Part shown: piece after piece, positions 39,921 to 49,707 of the stretch
Position numbering within the stretch: the first letter of the stretch is position 1
How the letters are laid out: each line of letters opens with the position of its first letter
IMG/VR virus record: IMGVR_UViG_3300021255_000040
Span: 1 to 64,000 of that record
Strand: one strand, 5' to 3'
Length of the DNA: 64,000 nucleotides
From: a virus
Taxonomy: Duplodnaviria; Caudoviricetes
Position numbers and translations under genes: made by a program
The notes under the pieces: generated by a model
What the model was told of the DNA's origin: nothing
The model's input: the letters and a program-made list of their open reading frames with translations, nothing else
Databases searched by the model: none

Positions 39921-40191
39921 TAGACTCAGCTTTCCCTCTTAACAGGACAAGCTAATTAACTGTGTTATAAGTGGTATGTGTGTAGAGATTGCAGGTTATT
40001 CCCCCTCCTAGAGCTGATAAGACTTCCAACTCTACACACTTTTTCAATTATCCATTTTAACATTGCATTCTTTACTCTCCAAGATAGTTGCACATACTCA
40101 ACTATGTGCCTCTTGCTATCTATCTTTTTTATTTAGCTTTAGGCACTTAGATTACATTTTACTTCTTTAAAACCTTAAAACATTACAAATT

Positions 40192-40473
40192 ATGAAACGT
40201 ATATTAGTTAGATATTACTCTCCAGAAGAAATTGGTGCAGAAAATGAACATTTCACTAAAGAAGAACTTATAGAGAATTGCTTTAGAGTAAGTGAATGTA
40301 CTGATGAATCCTCTGCATTAGATGCTTATGCTAATACTCCTGCTACTTGGTCTACTCTATTAGATGATGCAGTATTACTCTTTGATGCTAAAGAACTTCA
40401 TGAATTTCTTGATAATGCTGTTAAGGCTATTGAGGAAGATGATGTAGATTGGTTGGAACAACATTTTATTTAA
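40192..40473 (+). CDS. Acidic hypothetical protein
   Basis: 93 aa ORF. Confidence 0.55.
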   Translation: MKRILVRYYSPEEIGAENEHFTKEELIENCFRVSECTDESSALDAYANTPATWSTLLDDAVLLFDAKELHEFLDNAVKAIEEDDVDWLEQHFI

Positions 40474-40677
40474 TTATTATGAGTTACTTATCTCACTACC
40501 CAAATTGTATAGGTTGTCCAGTTACTAAATATTGTGGAACTATGGTTAGTTCTATAAAATTATGTAATTCCTATGATGAACCCTCTATTGAAGAGGTAGA
40601 TGCTTATGCCGAAGAGCAAATAGCATTATCTCTTGAAATCATGTAGATAAAGCAAAACCCTTTAATCCTTTAATAAC

Positions 40678-41034
40678 ATGAGACCAACAGAAGCAACAAA
40701 GATACAATATAATGGTTTCAACTACCTTGTTCATAATGTAATTAATGAGAACCATTATGGTAGAAAAAGAATATATCATGTTCTAACTAACAATCAGAAG
40801 TGGTGTGGCTCTTTACTCCCTGAGATAGTTGGTTATTCCAATGTAGATTCTAAAGGAGAACATGATCTGAACTACAAAAGAAACCCTTCCATGCTCACAG
40901 CTCTTAAGCCTTACTATGAAGTAGATTTTGTAGAAGATAATACATATAAGAACTATGACTTTAAGGCTATGGGTTTTCCTGTAGACAATGACTCTTACTA
41001 TAGATTCATTTATGTAGAACCCTATGATGATTAA
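40678..41034 (+). CDS. Hypothetical protein
   Basis: 118 aa ORF. Confidence 0.6.
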   Translation: MRPTEATKIQYNGFNYLVHNVINENHYGRKRIYHVLTNNQKWCGSLLPEIVGYSNVDSKGEHDLNYKRNPSMLTALKPYYEVDFVEDNTYKNYDFKAMGFPVDNDSYYRFIYVEPYDD

Positions 41035-41046
41035 AACAATATAACT

Positions 41047-41532
41047 ATGAAACAAATTACAGATTTCATATATAATGATGTTGTCCTTTACGCAAAGGGA
41101 TGGTATGAACGTTCTAATAATATATGTGAAGACTTAGATTACATCTTCTCCAAGATTTACGGATGGACACAGCCAACAGAACAAGAAGTATCTCATAGAA
41201 TGATGATTGTTCTAGATAGACTCTATGAAGCAGCTGATGTAACAAAGAAAGACTGCCCTTATTGTTGGTATATGTCACATGCTTTATTTGAGGAAGAAGT
41301 AAGAAAAAGAATAAGTCTTTATAAGAATTGTTCAAGAGATATGGCTATTATTCTTACTGTTCTGTCTATTCTTCAAGGACTATCAAAAGATGATATTAAA
41401 CTCAACGCCCCTCATTACGGTAAGAAAGAACACTTTAGAATGGGTTCATTATGCGGTAAAAATCCAATATCTATGACATATACTGAAATGAACAAATTAG
41501 CACAACGGATGTTTGGAACTAATAAATCATAG
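41047..41532 (+). CDS. Hypothetical protein
   Basis: 161 aa ORF. Confidence 0.6.
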   Translation: MKQITDFIYNDVVLYAKGWYERSNNICEDLDYIFSKIYGWTQPTEQEVSHRMMIVLDRLYEAADVTKKDCPYCWYMSHALFEEEVRKRISLYKNCSRDMAIILTVLSILQGLSKDDIKLNAPHYGKKEHFRMGSLCGKNPISMTYTEMNKLAQRMFGTNKS

Positions 41533-41764
41533 ACTATGACACTATCCCAAGGCTACAGGATGGCACAGGCTGCACACCATAAGCAGCCTTGCCTTGATTA
41601 TCCTTATCTAGGTATTCCTGATGAGGATGATGAAGACATTTTAAACGAAACCCAACATTAAAGATTATGATTATACTATTATTAGCATTAGTAACAACAC
41701 TGGCTATCTTCCTCATTGGAGGTATTATAGGTAATTTTATAGTCAACAAATCCAAAGAAGTATT

Positions 41765-42061
41765 ATGAATAAGACGCTATTTGATATATACAACTCCCTT
41801 AAGGCTTCTTTCGTTGAGGCTATGGAGCCTTATCTTGTGAAGCAACATGTAGTGACTTTCTCTCCTACCCTTCTTATAAATCTTCCTAATGATAACGATG
41901 AGTCATTTGAAGAGATTACAAGTATAGAGTATGATGAGAAAGAACAGACATGATATGTCCATAACTACATTACAAGCGTAGACTTGATGACCAATGAATA
42001 TTGGACACCATTAAGGGATATGTCATTTGACGAACTATTTAAAATATCAGAAAGGCTATGA
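41765..42061 (+). pseudogene. Small gene interrupted by an in-frame TGA
   Basis: Frame continues after TGA (41951-53) as YVHNYITSVDLMTNEYWTPLRDMSFDELFKISERL to a stop overlapping the next ATG. Confidence 0.5.
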
Positions 42062-42388
42062 TACAAAAAAGATACCAATTCCAAGGAAAATCAGGCATTG
42101 AGTGGTCTGACTGGTATGACTATGAAGATGATGATACTCAACTAGAAGGACTGCAAGACCAAAAGTGGCAACTTAAGAACAAGTATAGACAAGAATTTAG
42201 AATAAAACAATAAAACTACAGCTATATAGAGGCTAGCATCTGTGTAGATCGAAGCAGCCTATAGTCTCTGTCACATAGGATAAATCGTAGGTTATGTACT
42301 CTAAGAGGCAGTCAGGAGTATCTGTAAAGGTTTGAAGTATTCCTAAAAGAGAATGAGATGTCTCAATAAAACTTTATGACTGTCATTT

Positions 42389-42476
42389 GGTTCCTTAGCT
42401 CAGTTGGATAGAGCATTTTCTTATGTCCTTTCTAAGAGAGGCTTAGAGGATGTTTTACCAACGAGCTATTGGAACC
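42389..42476 (+). pseudogene. tRNA-Arg 5'-half remnant folded into a long hairpin
   Basis: GGTTCCTTAGCTCAGTTGGATAGAGCA (acceptor + D arm), TTCTAA anticodon-loop remnant, no T arm; 3' side is an imperfect reverse complement ending GGAACC. Confidence 0.6.
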
Positions 42477-42514
42477 TTCTTTTATTACTTTTGTGCAATA
42501 AAATAGGATAACGT

Positions 42515-42985
42515 ATGTGGAATATTAGAAAAGAAGTAAGTAAAGGGGATTACATATATGCAGTAGTACCAGAGCATCCCAAAGCAACAAAGAACCACTA
42601 TGTTCTTATGCATAGAGTAGTGATGGAAAACTTCCTTGGTAGAATGCTTAAAGATAATGAAGTTGTACACCATATAGACCACAATAAAAAGAACAACGAC
42701 ATAAGTAATCTTGAATTGATGGATAAAGCCCTTCATGTAGAAATGCATAGCAAAGAGCAAGGAAGACAAATGGTAAAGCTGATATGTCCTTGGTGCAAAA
42801 AAGAATTTATTGCGGAAAAAAGATGCACACATCTACAAAAGCCCTCAAAGTATCATTGTACATGTTGCTGTAGAAGCTGTAGAGGCAAATTATATAGATA
42901 TATACAGATGAATAGAGTTACTTCAGCTATTCGAGATGCTATAAATAATAATGTAGTTGCTTCATATAAAAGATACTTAAGCTAG
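42515..42985 (+). CDS. HNH homing endonuclease with Zn-binding C-terminus
   Basis: 'HRVVME..LGR.L...EVVHHID.NK.NN...NL', CxxC motifs; TACTTTTG at 42486-42493. Confidence 0.85.
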   Translation: MWNIRKEVSKGDYIYAVVPEHPKATKNHYVLMHRVVMENFLGRMLKDNEVVHHIDHNKKNNDISNLELMDKALHVEMHSKEQGRQMVKLICPWCKKEFIAEKRCTHLQKPSKYHCTCCCRSCRGKLYRYIQMNRVTSAIRDAINNNVVASYKRYLS

Positions 42986-42991
42986 AAGCAA

Positions 42992-43063
42992 GCCCCCATA
43001 GTTTAATGGAGAAAACAAGATCCTTCTAAGATTTAGTTGGTGGTTCGATTCCACCTGGGGGTA
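42992..43063 (+). tRNA. tRNA-Arg(TCT)
   Basis: GCCCCCA..AGATC-CT-TCT-AA-GATTT..GGTTCGATTCC..TGGGGGTA. Confidence 0.85.
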
Positions 43064-43235
43064 CAGACATATTCATGTTATTTAAAGGGTTTTAGAAAGT
43101 AGAGGAGAAATAAGGAGACTGATACTAGCAAATAGCACAATCCTGTCTCCTCTATCTTTCTTTTTTGCAACCTTTAAATACACTCACAACAAATACAATT
43201 CACTTAAATATTTAACCCTTTAAACAATTAGCATT

Positions 43236-43820
43236 ATGAGTGCAAAAGAAAATAAAAGGTATTCACCAAATGAAATTACTCTTATTAATGGGCACAATGC
43301 AATTTTTGATGAACCATTGTTAAGAGAATCTATGAATTATTTAAATATGGATTTTCCACAAAAACGTGTTTTTATTGCTATTTCCTCTACAGGATACCCT
43401 GAAATTCGTTTTGCAAATAGTTATATCAAGTTACATAGAATTATAGGACAATATGTATTTAAAGATAAAGAAGGTGTATATCAATATCATCATATAGATG
43501 GAAATAAATTAAATTCTTCAGCAAAAAACCTACAACAAATGACATTATCAGAGCATCAAAAGCTGCATGGAACAGGTAGAATAATATCAGAAAAACATAG
43601 ATTAGCTATTTCAAGAGCTAGAAAAGGAAAAATTCCTTGGAATGTCAGAGCAATATTAATGCTAGACAAAAATAATAATATCATTTCTGAATTTGCTTCT
43701 ACTAAAGTAGCTGCTGAAACAATAGGTGTGTGTAAAACTGCAATTACAAACAACTTAAATAATCGAAGTAAATATTGTAATAATTATAAATTTGTGTATA
43801 AAGATGAATATATCAGCTAA
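43236..43820 (+). CDS. HNH homing endonuclease with NUMOD-like C-terminus
   Basis: 'LHR.I', 'HHIDGNKLN....NL', 'KG..PWN', 'EF.S...AA'. Confidence 0.8.
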   Translation: MSAKENKRYSPNEITLINGHNAIFDEPLLRESMNYLNMDFPQKRVFIAISSTGYPEIRFANSYIKLHRIIGQYVFKDKEGVYQYHHIDGNKLNSSAKNLQQMTLSEHQKLHGTGRIISEKHRLAISRARKGKIPWNVRAILMLDKNNNIISEFASTKVAAETIGVCKTAITNNLNNRSKYCNNYKFVYKDEYIS

Positions 43821-44055
43821 ACAACAAGCCATTCAGGACATGATGCTTGAACTTAAAAAGCGTAACAAAAGTTTTATAGCTTTCCGTAGAGAACTTAACC
43901 CTGTAATGAGAAAGCTGGTATCCCAACAAATTAAAGAGCAGCAGAGTATTACTCCTTTCTCTACTCCTACTCCCTCAACCTCTCAACTAATAGCCCGTTG
44001 CTTCTTCTGCAAAGGCGAGATTAAATACAGTAACTATAGTAAATATTATAAATAA
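43792..44055 (+). CDS. Hypothetical protein
   Basis: 87 aa ORF. Confidence 0.45.
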   Translation: MCIKMNISAKQQAIQDMMLELKKRNKSFIAFRRELNPVMRKLVSQQIKEQQSITPFSTPTPSTSQLIARCFFCKGEIKYSNYSKYYK

Positions 44056-44068
44056 AGGAGAAATAACT

Positions 44069-44320
44069 ATGGCAACAATTAAATCATATACAGACTTGCG
44101 TTATCAAGTATATTCCTTAAAAAGAAATGGTGATTTGGATAAACCTATTACAATACCAATATTGACAAGGGAAAGGGCTAATAAGTATTTCAGTGATTGT
44201 GTCCAATGTGCCATTGTTTCTATTGACGAACATGGTTCTATCGTTGAAATTATTGAAAAAAATACAGAACCGATAAAAACTAATAATAATAAACCCAAAA
44301 CCATAAAACGAAAAATATGA
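44069..44320 (+). CDS. Hypothetical protein
   Basis: 83 aa; N-terminus 'KSYTDL' echoes the next ORF's 'KNYTDL'. Confidence 0.5.
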   Translation: MATIKSYTDLRYQVYSLKRNGDLDKPITIPILTRERANKYFSDCVQCAIVSIDEHGSIVEIIEKNTEPIKTNNNKPKTIKRKI

Positions 44321-44646
44321 AAAACTATACAGATTTAGAACAATCAAAGAAGTTAGCGGAGATACTGCCACTTGATAGTGCTGATATGTACTATGACAAG
44401 GTAACCAAAATTCCTTATTATTCATTAAGTGGAAGTGTTCCTAAAGATTGGTTTATTCCAGCATGGAGTCTTTCAAGTTTGCTTAATGTTTTGCAAAATC
44501 CTTCATTACATAAAACTTATACAGGTTGGCGATGCGATACTTATAATGAGAATTGTACTGAGTGTAAATTAGGAGACACAGCAGATAATCCTATTGATGC
44601 TTGCTACAATATGATTATAGATTTACATGAACAAAATTTGTTGTGA
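44317..44646 (+). CDS. Hypothetical phage protein
   Basis: 109 aa; 'YTDLEQSKKLAEILP..SADM', 'PAWSL..LL..L'. Confidence 0.6.
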   Translation: MKNYTDLEQSKKLAEILPLDSADMYYDKVTKIPYYSLSGSVPKDWFIPAWSLSSLLNVLQNPSLHKTYTGWRCDTYNENCTECKLGDTADNPIDACYNMIIDLHEQNLL

Positions 44647-45051
44647 ATGACACAAGAAGATAAAAAACTATTGTTGAAAGACCTTTGTGCAAGGTTACCA
44701 TATGGGGTTAAAGGAATCAGGACATATAAACCCGAAGAAACAATTACACTTACCGAGATTATACCAAGATGTAAAATGAATCCCAATATTGGAAATGGCT
44801 CATTTTGTGAACTTGGATTCGATGAAACACTCGACTGCTGTGTTATTACAGAATTTAAGCCCTATCTCCGTCCAATGTCAAGTATGACTGAGGAAGAGAA
44901 GAATATCTACGAATACAATAGAAACAGCAATGTTGAAGTTGTGAGAACAGCATTATTTGATTGGCTCAATAAGAATCATTTTGACTATCGTGGTTTAATA
45001 CCAATTGGTCTTGCATTAGAGGCTCCAGAAGGAATGTATAATGTAAAATAG
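44647..45051 (+). CDS. Hypothetical phage protein
   Basis: 134 aa; 'LLLKDLCARLPYGVK', 'KPYLRPMSSMT', 'DWL...HFDYRGLI'. Confidence 0.6.
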   Translation: MTQEDKKLLLKDLCARLPYGVKGIRTYKPEETITLTEIIPRCKMNPNIGNGSFCELGFDETLDCCVITEFKPYLRPMSSMTEEEKNIYEYNRNSNVEVVRTALFDWLNKNHFDYRGLIPIGLALEAPEGMYNVK

Positions 45052-45060
45052 AAATTAATT

Positions 45061-46566
45061 ATGGATTACAAGAAATTACATAAAGATACTATAACCAAAC
45101 TACAAGAGATGGTTAATAGTGGAAAAATTACAGTCGAAACTGCGTGCAGTATATGTGCAGATTTTGTTCCAGAGTCAGAGGATGAGAGTATAAGAAATGG
45201 GCTTATTGAATATATAAAAGACCAGCAATCTTCTTTTATCTCTGCACCAGATTGTAGAGATAAGTATGAAGAAGAGGAGAATAATAAGTATAACTCTTGG
45301 ATTGCTTGGCTTGAAAAGCAAGGTGAACAAAAGTCTATATGGCATAATGAAGATGAAGAACCCCAAAGAGGTAGTCTTATCCTTCTCATTATGCAAAGTA
45401 GAACTCCCATTGTCGCTAAAATAATAGAACCTAATCACACTTTCAATCATGGAGAAAGATGGGCTTATATTGATGATTTGCTTGAAAAGGAAGGTGAGAA
45501 ACCTGCTGATAAAGTTAAGCCAAAGTTTAAGGTTGGCGACTGGTGCATAGATAATGAAGATGGCACTATATTTCAAATAGTGAAAGTATTAGATAATACT
45601 TATACCTATAAGGCAAATGAAGGTAAAGAGTATTCTTGTACGCATTATTCTTTGGAAAATGATGCAAGAATTTGGACTATTCAAGATGCAAAGGAGGGTG
45701 ATGTGCTTTTTCAAGATTTAATGGGTGGTAAAACATTTATTTATAATGGCATTAACCCTAGCATGGCAATACTTTATTCTTTTATTATAAGTAATGATGG
45801 TGAAGATGTTTTGCCATATCATATAGGTAAACCAAACACAGGTATAGGAAATATTGAAGAAAACAAAAATATCATTCATCCTGCAACCAAAGAACAGCGT
45901 GACCTATTATTCCAAAAGATGAAAGAAGCTGGGTATGAATGGGATGCTGAGAAGAAAGAGTTGAAGAAAATCCACAATGCATTAGAAGAATGTGAAATAA
46001 AAAATATAGAACATGGCAAATACTATTATTGTATTAAAGATTACTTCTGTGGTGGCAGAAAACAAGCATCTAAAGGTGATGTTGTTCAGGCATTAAGAGG
46101 TATGAGTATGATGGCTCTTGGTGTAAAAGCCAATGAATATTTTATTCCTGTTAATACAATTAAACAAATGTCTACTTGGAGTGAAGATGATGAAAGAATA
46201 TATAGAGGACTACATAATTTAATCTATTCTACTCCATATTGCGATTCAAGAAAAGAATTGTCTGACTGGTTCAAATCCCTTAAAGAACGTGTTCAGCTAC
46301 AACCAAAGCAAGAGTGGAGTGAAGAGGATGAAAAGATGCTAAATCATGTTATTATTGATATAGAATCTCTAAAAGAGTATGTTTATTGTAAACATTTGTG
46401 CGATGAAGAAATTACTTGGCTCAAATCTCTCAAAGACAGATACACTTGGAAGCCGAGTATAGCACAATTAAATGCTCTTAGTATTGTGTCAAAAGGAAAT
46501 GCTCCTGATGATATAGAAGCTATTGTGTCACTCTATCAAGATTTATTGAAACTAAGGGAGGAATAG
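45061..46566 (+). CDS. Modular hypothetical protein
   Basis: 501 aa of short modules (PKFKVGDW, WTIQDAK.GDVL, PATKEQRDLLF, WSEEDE-type x2). Confidence 0.65.
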   Translation: MDYKKLHKDTITKLQEMVNSGKITVETACSICADFVPESEDESIRNGLIEYIKDQQSSFISAPDCRDKYEEEENNKYNSWIAWLEKQGEQKSIWHNEDEEPQRGSLILLIMQSRTPIVAKIIEPNHTFNHGERWAYIDDLLEKEGEKPADKVKPKFKVGDWCIDNEDGTIFQIVKVLDNTYTYKANEGKEYSCTHYSLENDARIWTIQDAKEGDVLFQDLMGGKTFIYNGINPSMAILYSFIISNDGEDVLPYHIGKPNTGIGNIEENKNIIHPATKEQRDLLFQKMKEAGYEWDAEKKELKKIHNALEECEIKNIEHGKYYYCIKDYFCGGRKQASKGDVVQALRGMSMMALGVKANEYFIPVNTIKQMSTWSEDDERIYRGLHNLIYSTPYCDSRKELSDWFKSLKERVQLQPKQEWSEEDEKMLNHVIIDIESLKEYVYCKHLCDEEITWLKSLKDRYTWKPSIAQLNALSIVSKGNAPDDIEAIVSLYQDLLKLREE

Positions 46567-46568
46567 TT

Positions 46569-46751
46569 ATGAAAGCAAACGAATTATTAGACAAGGCTCT
46601 TGATTTTATCGTAGAGACGCAAGAACAGGATGATTATATCTGTGAGCAGATGTGTGAAGAATATGTTGGCGACTACTGTGAGAAAAATTGTCAGAATCTC
46701 AACAAAGAATGCGTTAAGTTATTTTTGCAAAAAGTATATAATAAAGGATAA
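46569..46751 (+). CDS. Small Cys-rich protein (MKANE start)
   Basis: 60 aa ORF. Confidence 0.5.
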   Translation: MKANELLDKALDFIVETQEQDDYICEQMCEEYVGDYCEKNCQNLNKECVKLFLQKVYNKG

Positions 46752-46755
46752 AGTT

Positions 46756-47172
46756 ATGAAAGAAAACGAATTAAGTTGCAAAGACCTTATGATTGGGGAT
46801 TATTTTCGTACAAAATTTGCCCAAAAGGTAGTAAAGGTTAAGGAAATAAAGCAAAGTTGTGTTTATACTGAAAATAATGGATATGAGTACAATGAAATAG
46901 AGCCAATACTACTCACCCCAGAGATTCTTGAAAAGAATGGGTTTAAAAGAGACCCACTTTGGCATCATTGTGATAAAGATTTAGATAATTACTCTATATC
47001 AGTGCAATTAGGCTATGCAAACAGAATAGAGTACATCAAAATTGCCGAGAAAGGTAAAGACAATGTTATACCAAGTGAAAGGACAAAGATGTATCTTACT
47101 CATATTAAATATTTGCATCAACTACAGCACGCTTTAAGGCTTTGTGGAATTGAAAAAACTATTGAATTATGA
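46756..47172 (+). CDS. Hypothetical protein (MKENEL start)
   Basis: 'LMIGD', 'PI.LTPEILEKNGF', 'YLHQLQHALRLCGIEK'. Confidence 0.6.
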   Translation: MKENELSCKDLMIGDYFRTKFAQKVVKVKEIKQSCVYTENNGYEYNEIEPILLTPEILEKNGFKRDPLWHHCDKDLDNYSISVQLGYANRIEYIKIAEKGKDNVIPSERTKMYLTHIKYLHQLQHALRLCGIEKTIEL

Positions 47173-47417
47173 AAGCAAACGAAGCACCAGAGAAATTATA
47201 TTTTGGAGTAGCTGATAAAAGTGTATTAGACATTTTTTCAACCAAAGAGCGTGATGATGAGATTGAATACACCCGCACTGATGCCTTTATTGAGAAGGCA
47301 GAAAATTTCTTGGAAATGTTAGGCTATGGGTTTACTATTACAGATAATATAACTCATACAAATTATGATAAAGAACAGTTGATTGATGACTTTAGAAAAT
47401 ATATGGAAGGAGAGTAA
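47169..47417 (+). CDS. Hypothetical protein (MKANE start)
   Basis: 82 aa; 'APEK.Y', 'EY.RTDAFIEKA'. Confidence 0.55.
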   Translation: MKANEAPEKLYFGVADKSVLDIFSTKERDDEIEYTRTDAFIEKAENFLEMLGYGFTITDNITHTNYDKEQLIDDFRKYMEGE

Positions 47418-47420
47418 GTT

Positions 47421-47720
47421 ATGGCAAAGACGATTAAGATAACATTCTATAATCCAAAAGAACTTTGGCGCATGTTTTGGAATTGGGTTTATTGGCCGCG
47501 TCGCAAGCAATGCGCAGAATGGATTTCTTTTCTACAAGGTCAACTTGAGTATAAGATAGTCAATGACGTGTTGATTGGTAAATACTATAACGAAGGGTTG
47601 ATTGATGGCGACTTGTGCGATAAACTTGAATTAGACATAAAGCAAGCCATTGAGGAAATCTTGGATAAGTTTGTAGATGTTTTGAAAACGCCTATACCTT
47701 TAGACGATGAAAAAGATTAA
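47421..47720 (+). CDS. Hypothetical protein
   Basis: 99 aa ORF. Confidence 0.5.
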   Translation: MAKTIKITFYNPKELWRMFWNWVYWPRRKQCAEWISFLQGQLEYKIVNDVLIGKYYNEGLIDGDLCDKLELDIKQAIEEILDKFVDVLKTPIPLDDEKD

Positions 47721-47940
47721 GACTATGAACGTAGAATTAACGAAAAAAGACATCATACACCTACTTAGGGGTGTTGAACCAAGTTATGACAAGATGGGAA
47801 TAGTGGAGGATATGGGGTTAGGGTTCTACACTGGAGGATTTGAAGATAGATTTGAGTGGCAATATCCTAACTATCATCTTTGGGAAAAGTATTCCGAGGA
47901 AGAATTGTACGGATTATATATAAAACTCACAAAAGAGTAA
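47707..47940 (+). CDS. Hypothetical protein
   Basis: 77 aa ORF. Confidence 0.5.
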   Translation: MKKIKTMNVELTKKDIIHLLRGVEPSYDKMGIVEDMGLGFYTGGFEDRFEWQYPNYHLWEKYSEEELYGLYIKLTKE

Positions 47941-48117
47941 GATTATGAAGAAGTTTCTGATAACCATATCCCCTCTTTGTGCGATATTGTTCGTTCTTAT
48001 GTGGATTTCATGTGGATTGAAATGTGTGTTGGCATTCTTTGGCGCAATGCTGTTTATTGTTGCTTTGGCATTTGGGTTTGCGAAGTGGATTGAGTTCGTT
48101 GATAAACATATAAAAGA

Positions 48118-48627
48118 TTGATTATGAAACTGATAGACAAAGACGCTTTAATAGCGGAGATACAGAGAAGGGCGATAAAGGCTGGCTTGCATGATGGCGT
48201 AATTGCTGAAACAAGGGAAGATGAATGTTATTCTATTCTTTCTCTTATCGACACCCTTGAAGTGGTAAACCCTTATGAACAGTGTATTCAATATTCAAGC
48301 ATAGAACAAGGTATAAAAGCTCATGCTGAAGAATATTCTTTCAACATAGAAAGTGAGTTGTTTAATCAACTTACGAAAGAACAACAAGCCTTATGGAGAA
48401 ATGAAATTGAACAAACTTATATTAGCGGTGGCGAAATGGGTGTTGAACTTGCAAAAGATGCACGTTATAAGGAAAACCTTAAAGTGAAAGAGGCAGACTT
48501 GGAAAAAGAATACGAAGAGTTTGTTATGAATGACCCCGTATATAATAAGTTGGTGAATGGTATTGTTGGTAAGGCTATTGCCAAACATTTCTTTGAACTT
48601 GGACTTAAAGTACAGAAAGTAGAATAG
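48118..48627 (+). CDS. Hypothetical protein
   Basis: 169 aa; 'IDKDAL.AEI.R' start, 'AKHFFELGLK.QK.E' end. Confidence 0.55.
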   Translation: MIMKLIDKDALIAEIQRRAIKAGLHDGVIAETREDECYSILSLIDTLEVVNPYEQCIQYSSIEQGIKAHAEEYSFNIESELFNQLTKEQQALWRNEIEQTYISGGEMGVELAKDARYKENLKVKEADLEKEYEEFVMNDPVYNKLVNGIVGKAIAKHFFELGLKVQKVE

Positions 48628-49002
48628 TATGGAAAAAGAATATAAAATACCTTTATATAATAATAATAAAAGTTATGTTATAATGAAAGGAGAATGTTCT
48701 CATATAGCACTAATTAGAGCAAGGAGAGCGTTTCCAAATACTTCGTTTAATAATCATAGAATTAAGACGCTAAAAACAAAATAATTATGAAAGAGCTAAG
48801 GATGATTACGACAATGTTGATAATATTGTAAAATGGATAGAAATTACTTAAAGCACAGAAAGGAGAAGTATGAAGGTTAATGCAAAACAGTTAGCGCAAT
48901 ATTTACTTAGACACCCAGATTATGAGGTGCTTATACCTACAAAAAGCGGTGTTTATTATCCAGTTGTTGATGCACAAGTTGGCAAAAATGTATTCTATTT
49001 AA

Positions 49003-49707
49003 TTGGATATACTGGAAAATAAAAATGCGACGAATAATGGAATAAAATACAGAAAGGAGAAGAGTATGATAGACAACAGAATTGAGAAAATCAGAGCTGA
49101 GATTGAAAGGCGTTTAGAAGATGCTAAAGCAGGTGTTAGACAAAATCAAAACGGAGTAAAATTTGAAATTGATAACAAGCAAGACCTTGTGATTTGGCAA
49201 CACCTTGAAAGTATGGCAGTACAGCTTCTTTCCTTCATAGACTCCTTGCAAGAAGAGCCTGTAAGCATTTGGCATGATGCAAGTAAGAAATCAGATAATC
49301 CAGAAGATGTTGTAATAATAAACCCTTCCGATAATACAGGTGAAGTACTTACAAAATGTACAGGTGTTAATCAAGGTCATATTTGGGCATATATATCTGA
49401 ACTGCTAAAACTTGATAATCTTTGCAACATTGGAAAGAATTTGCAAGAATCACAAGTTAAAGAATCAGCAGAAATTCAACACGTCAATGAAACGTGTAAA
49501 GAAAATGGCGATTCCTTAACACAAGAGTCTGTAATCAATGTATGGCATGATATGTCAGAGGAGGCAGAAAATGGTAGAAACATCATTATCATTGACCCAA
49601 AAGACTTCTATGGTGCTGTATTAAGGAGAGGTGGCTCGCAATTAAAAAATCACAATAAAGAAAGGTATGTGAAATGGGCGTATGTTGACGAATTGATAGA
49701 ACTATGA
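49003..49707 (+). CDS. Hypothetical protein with duplicated DUF551-like WH..WAY module
   Basis: Two copies of WHD.S....IIINP/DP.D..G.VL...WAY..EL. Confidence 0.55.
   Translation: MDILENKNATNNGIKYRKEKSMIDNRIEKIRAEIERRLEDAKAGVRQNQNGVKFEIDNKQDLVIWQHLESMAVQLLSFIDSLQEEPVSIWHDASKKSDNPEDVVIINPSDNTGEVLTKCTGVNQGHIWAYISELLKLDNLCNIGKNLQESQVKESAEIQHVNETCKENGDSLTQESVINVWHDMSEEAENGRNIIIIDPKDFYGAVLRRGGSQLKNHNKERYVKWAYVDELIEL

Noticed and set aside
43064-43165. Theta (HDV-like) or hammerhead ribozyme in tRNA trailers
   Set aside because: I could not fit the nested pseudoknot or the CUGANGA/GAAA core by eye; the trailers look like plain hairpins or terminators. A covariance search would be needed to exclude this fully.
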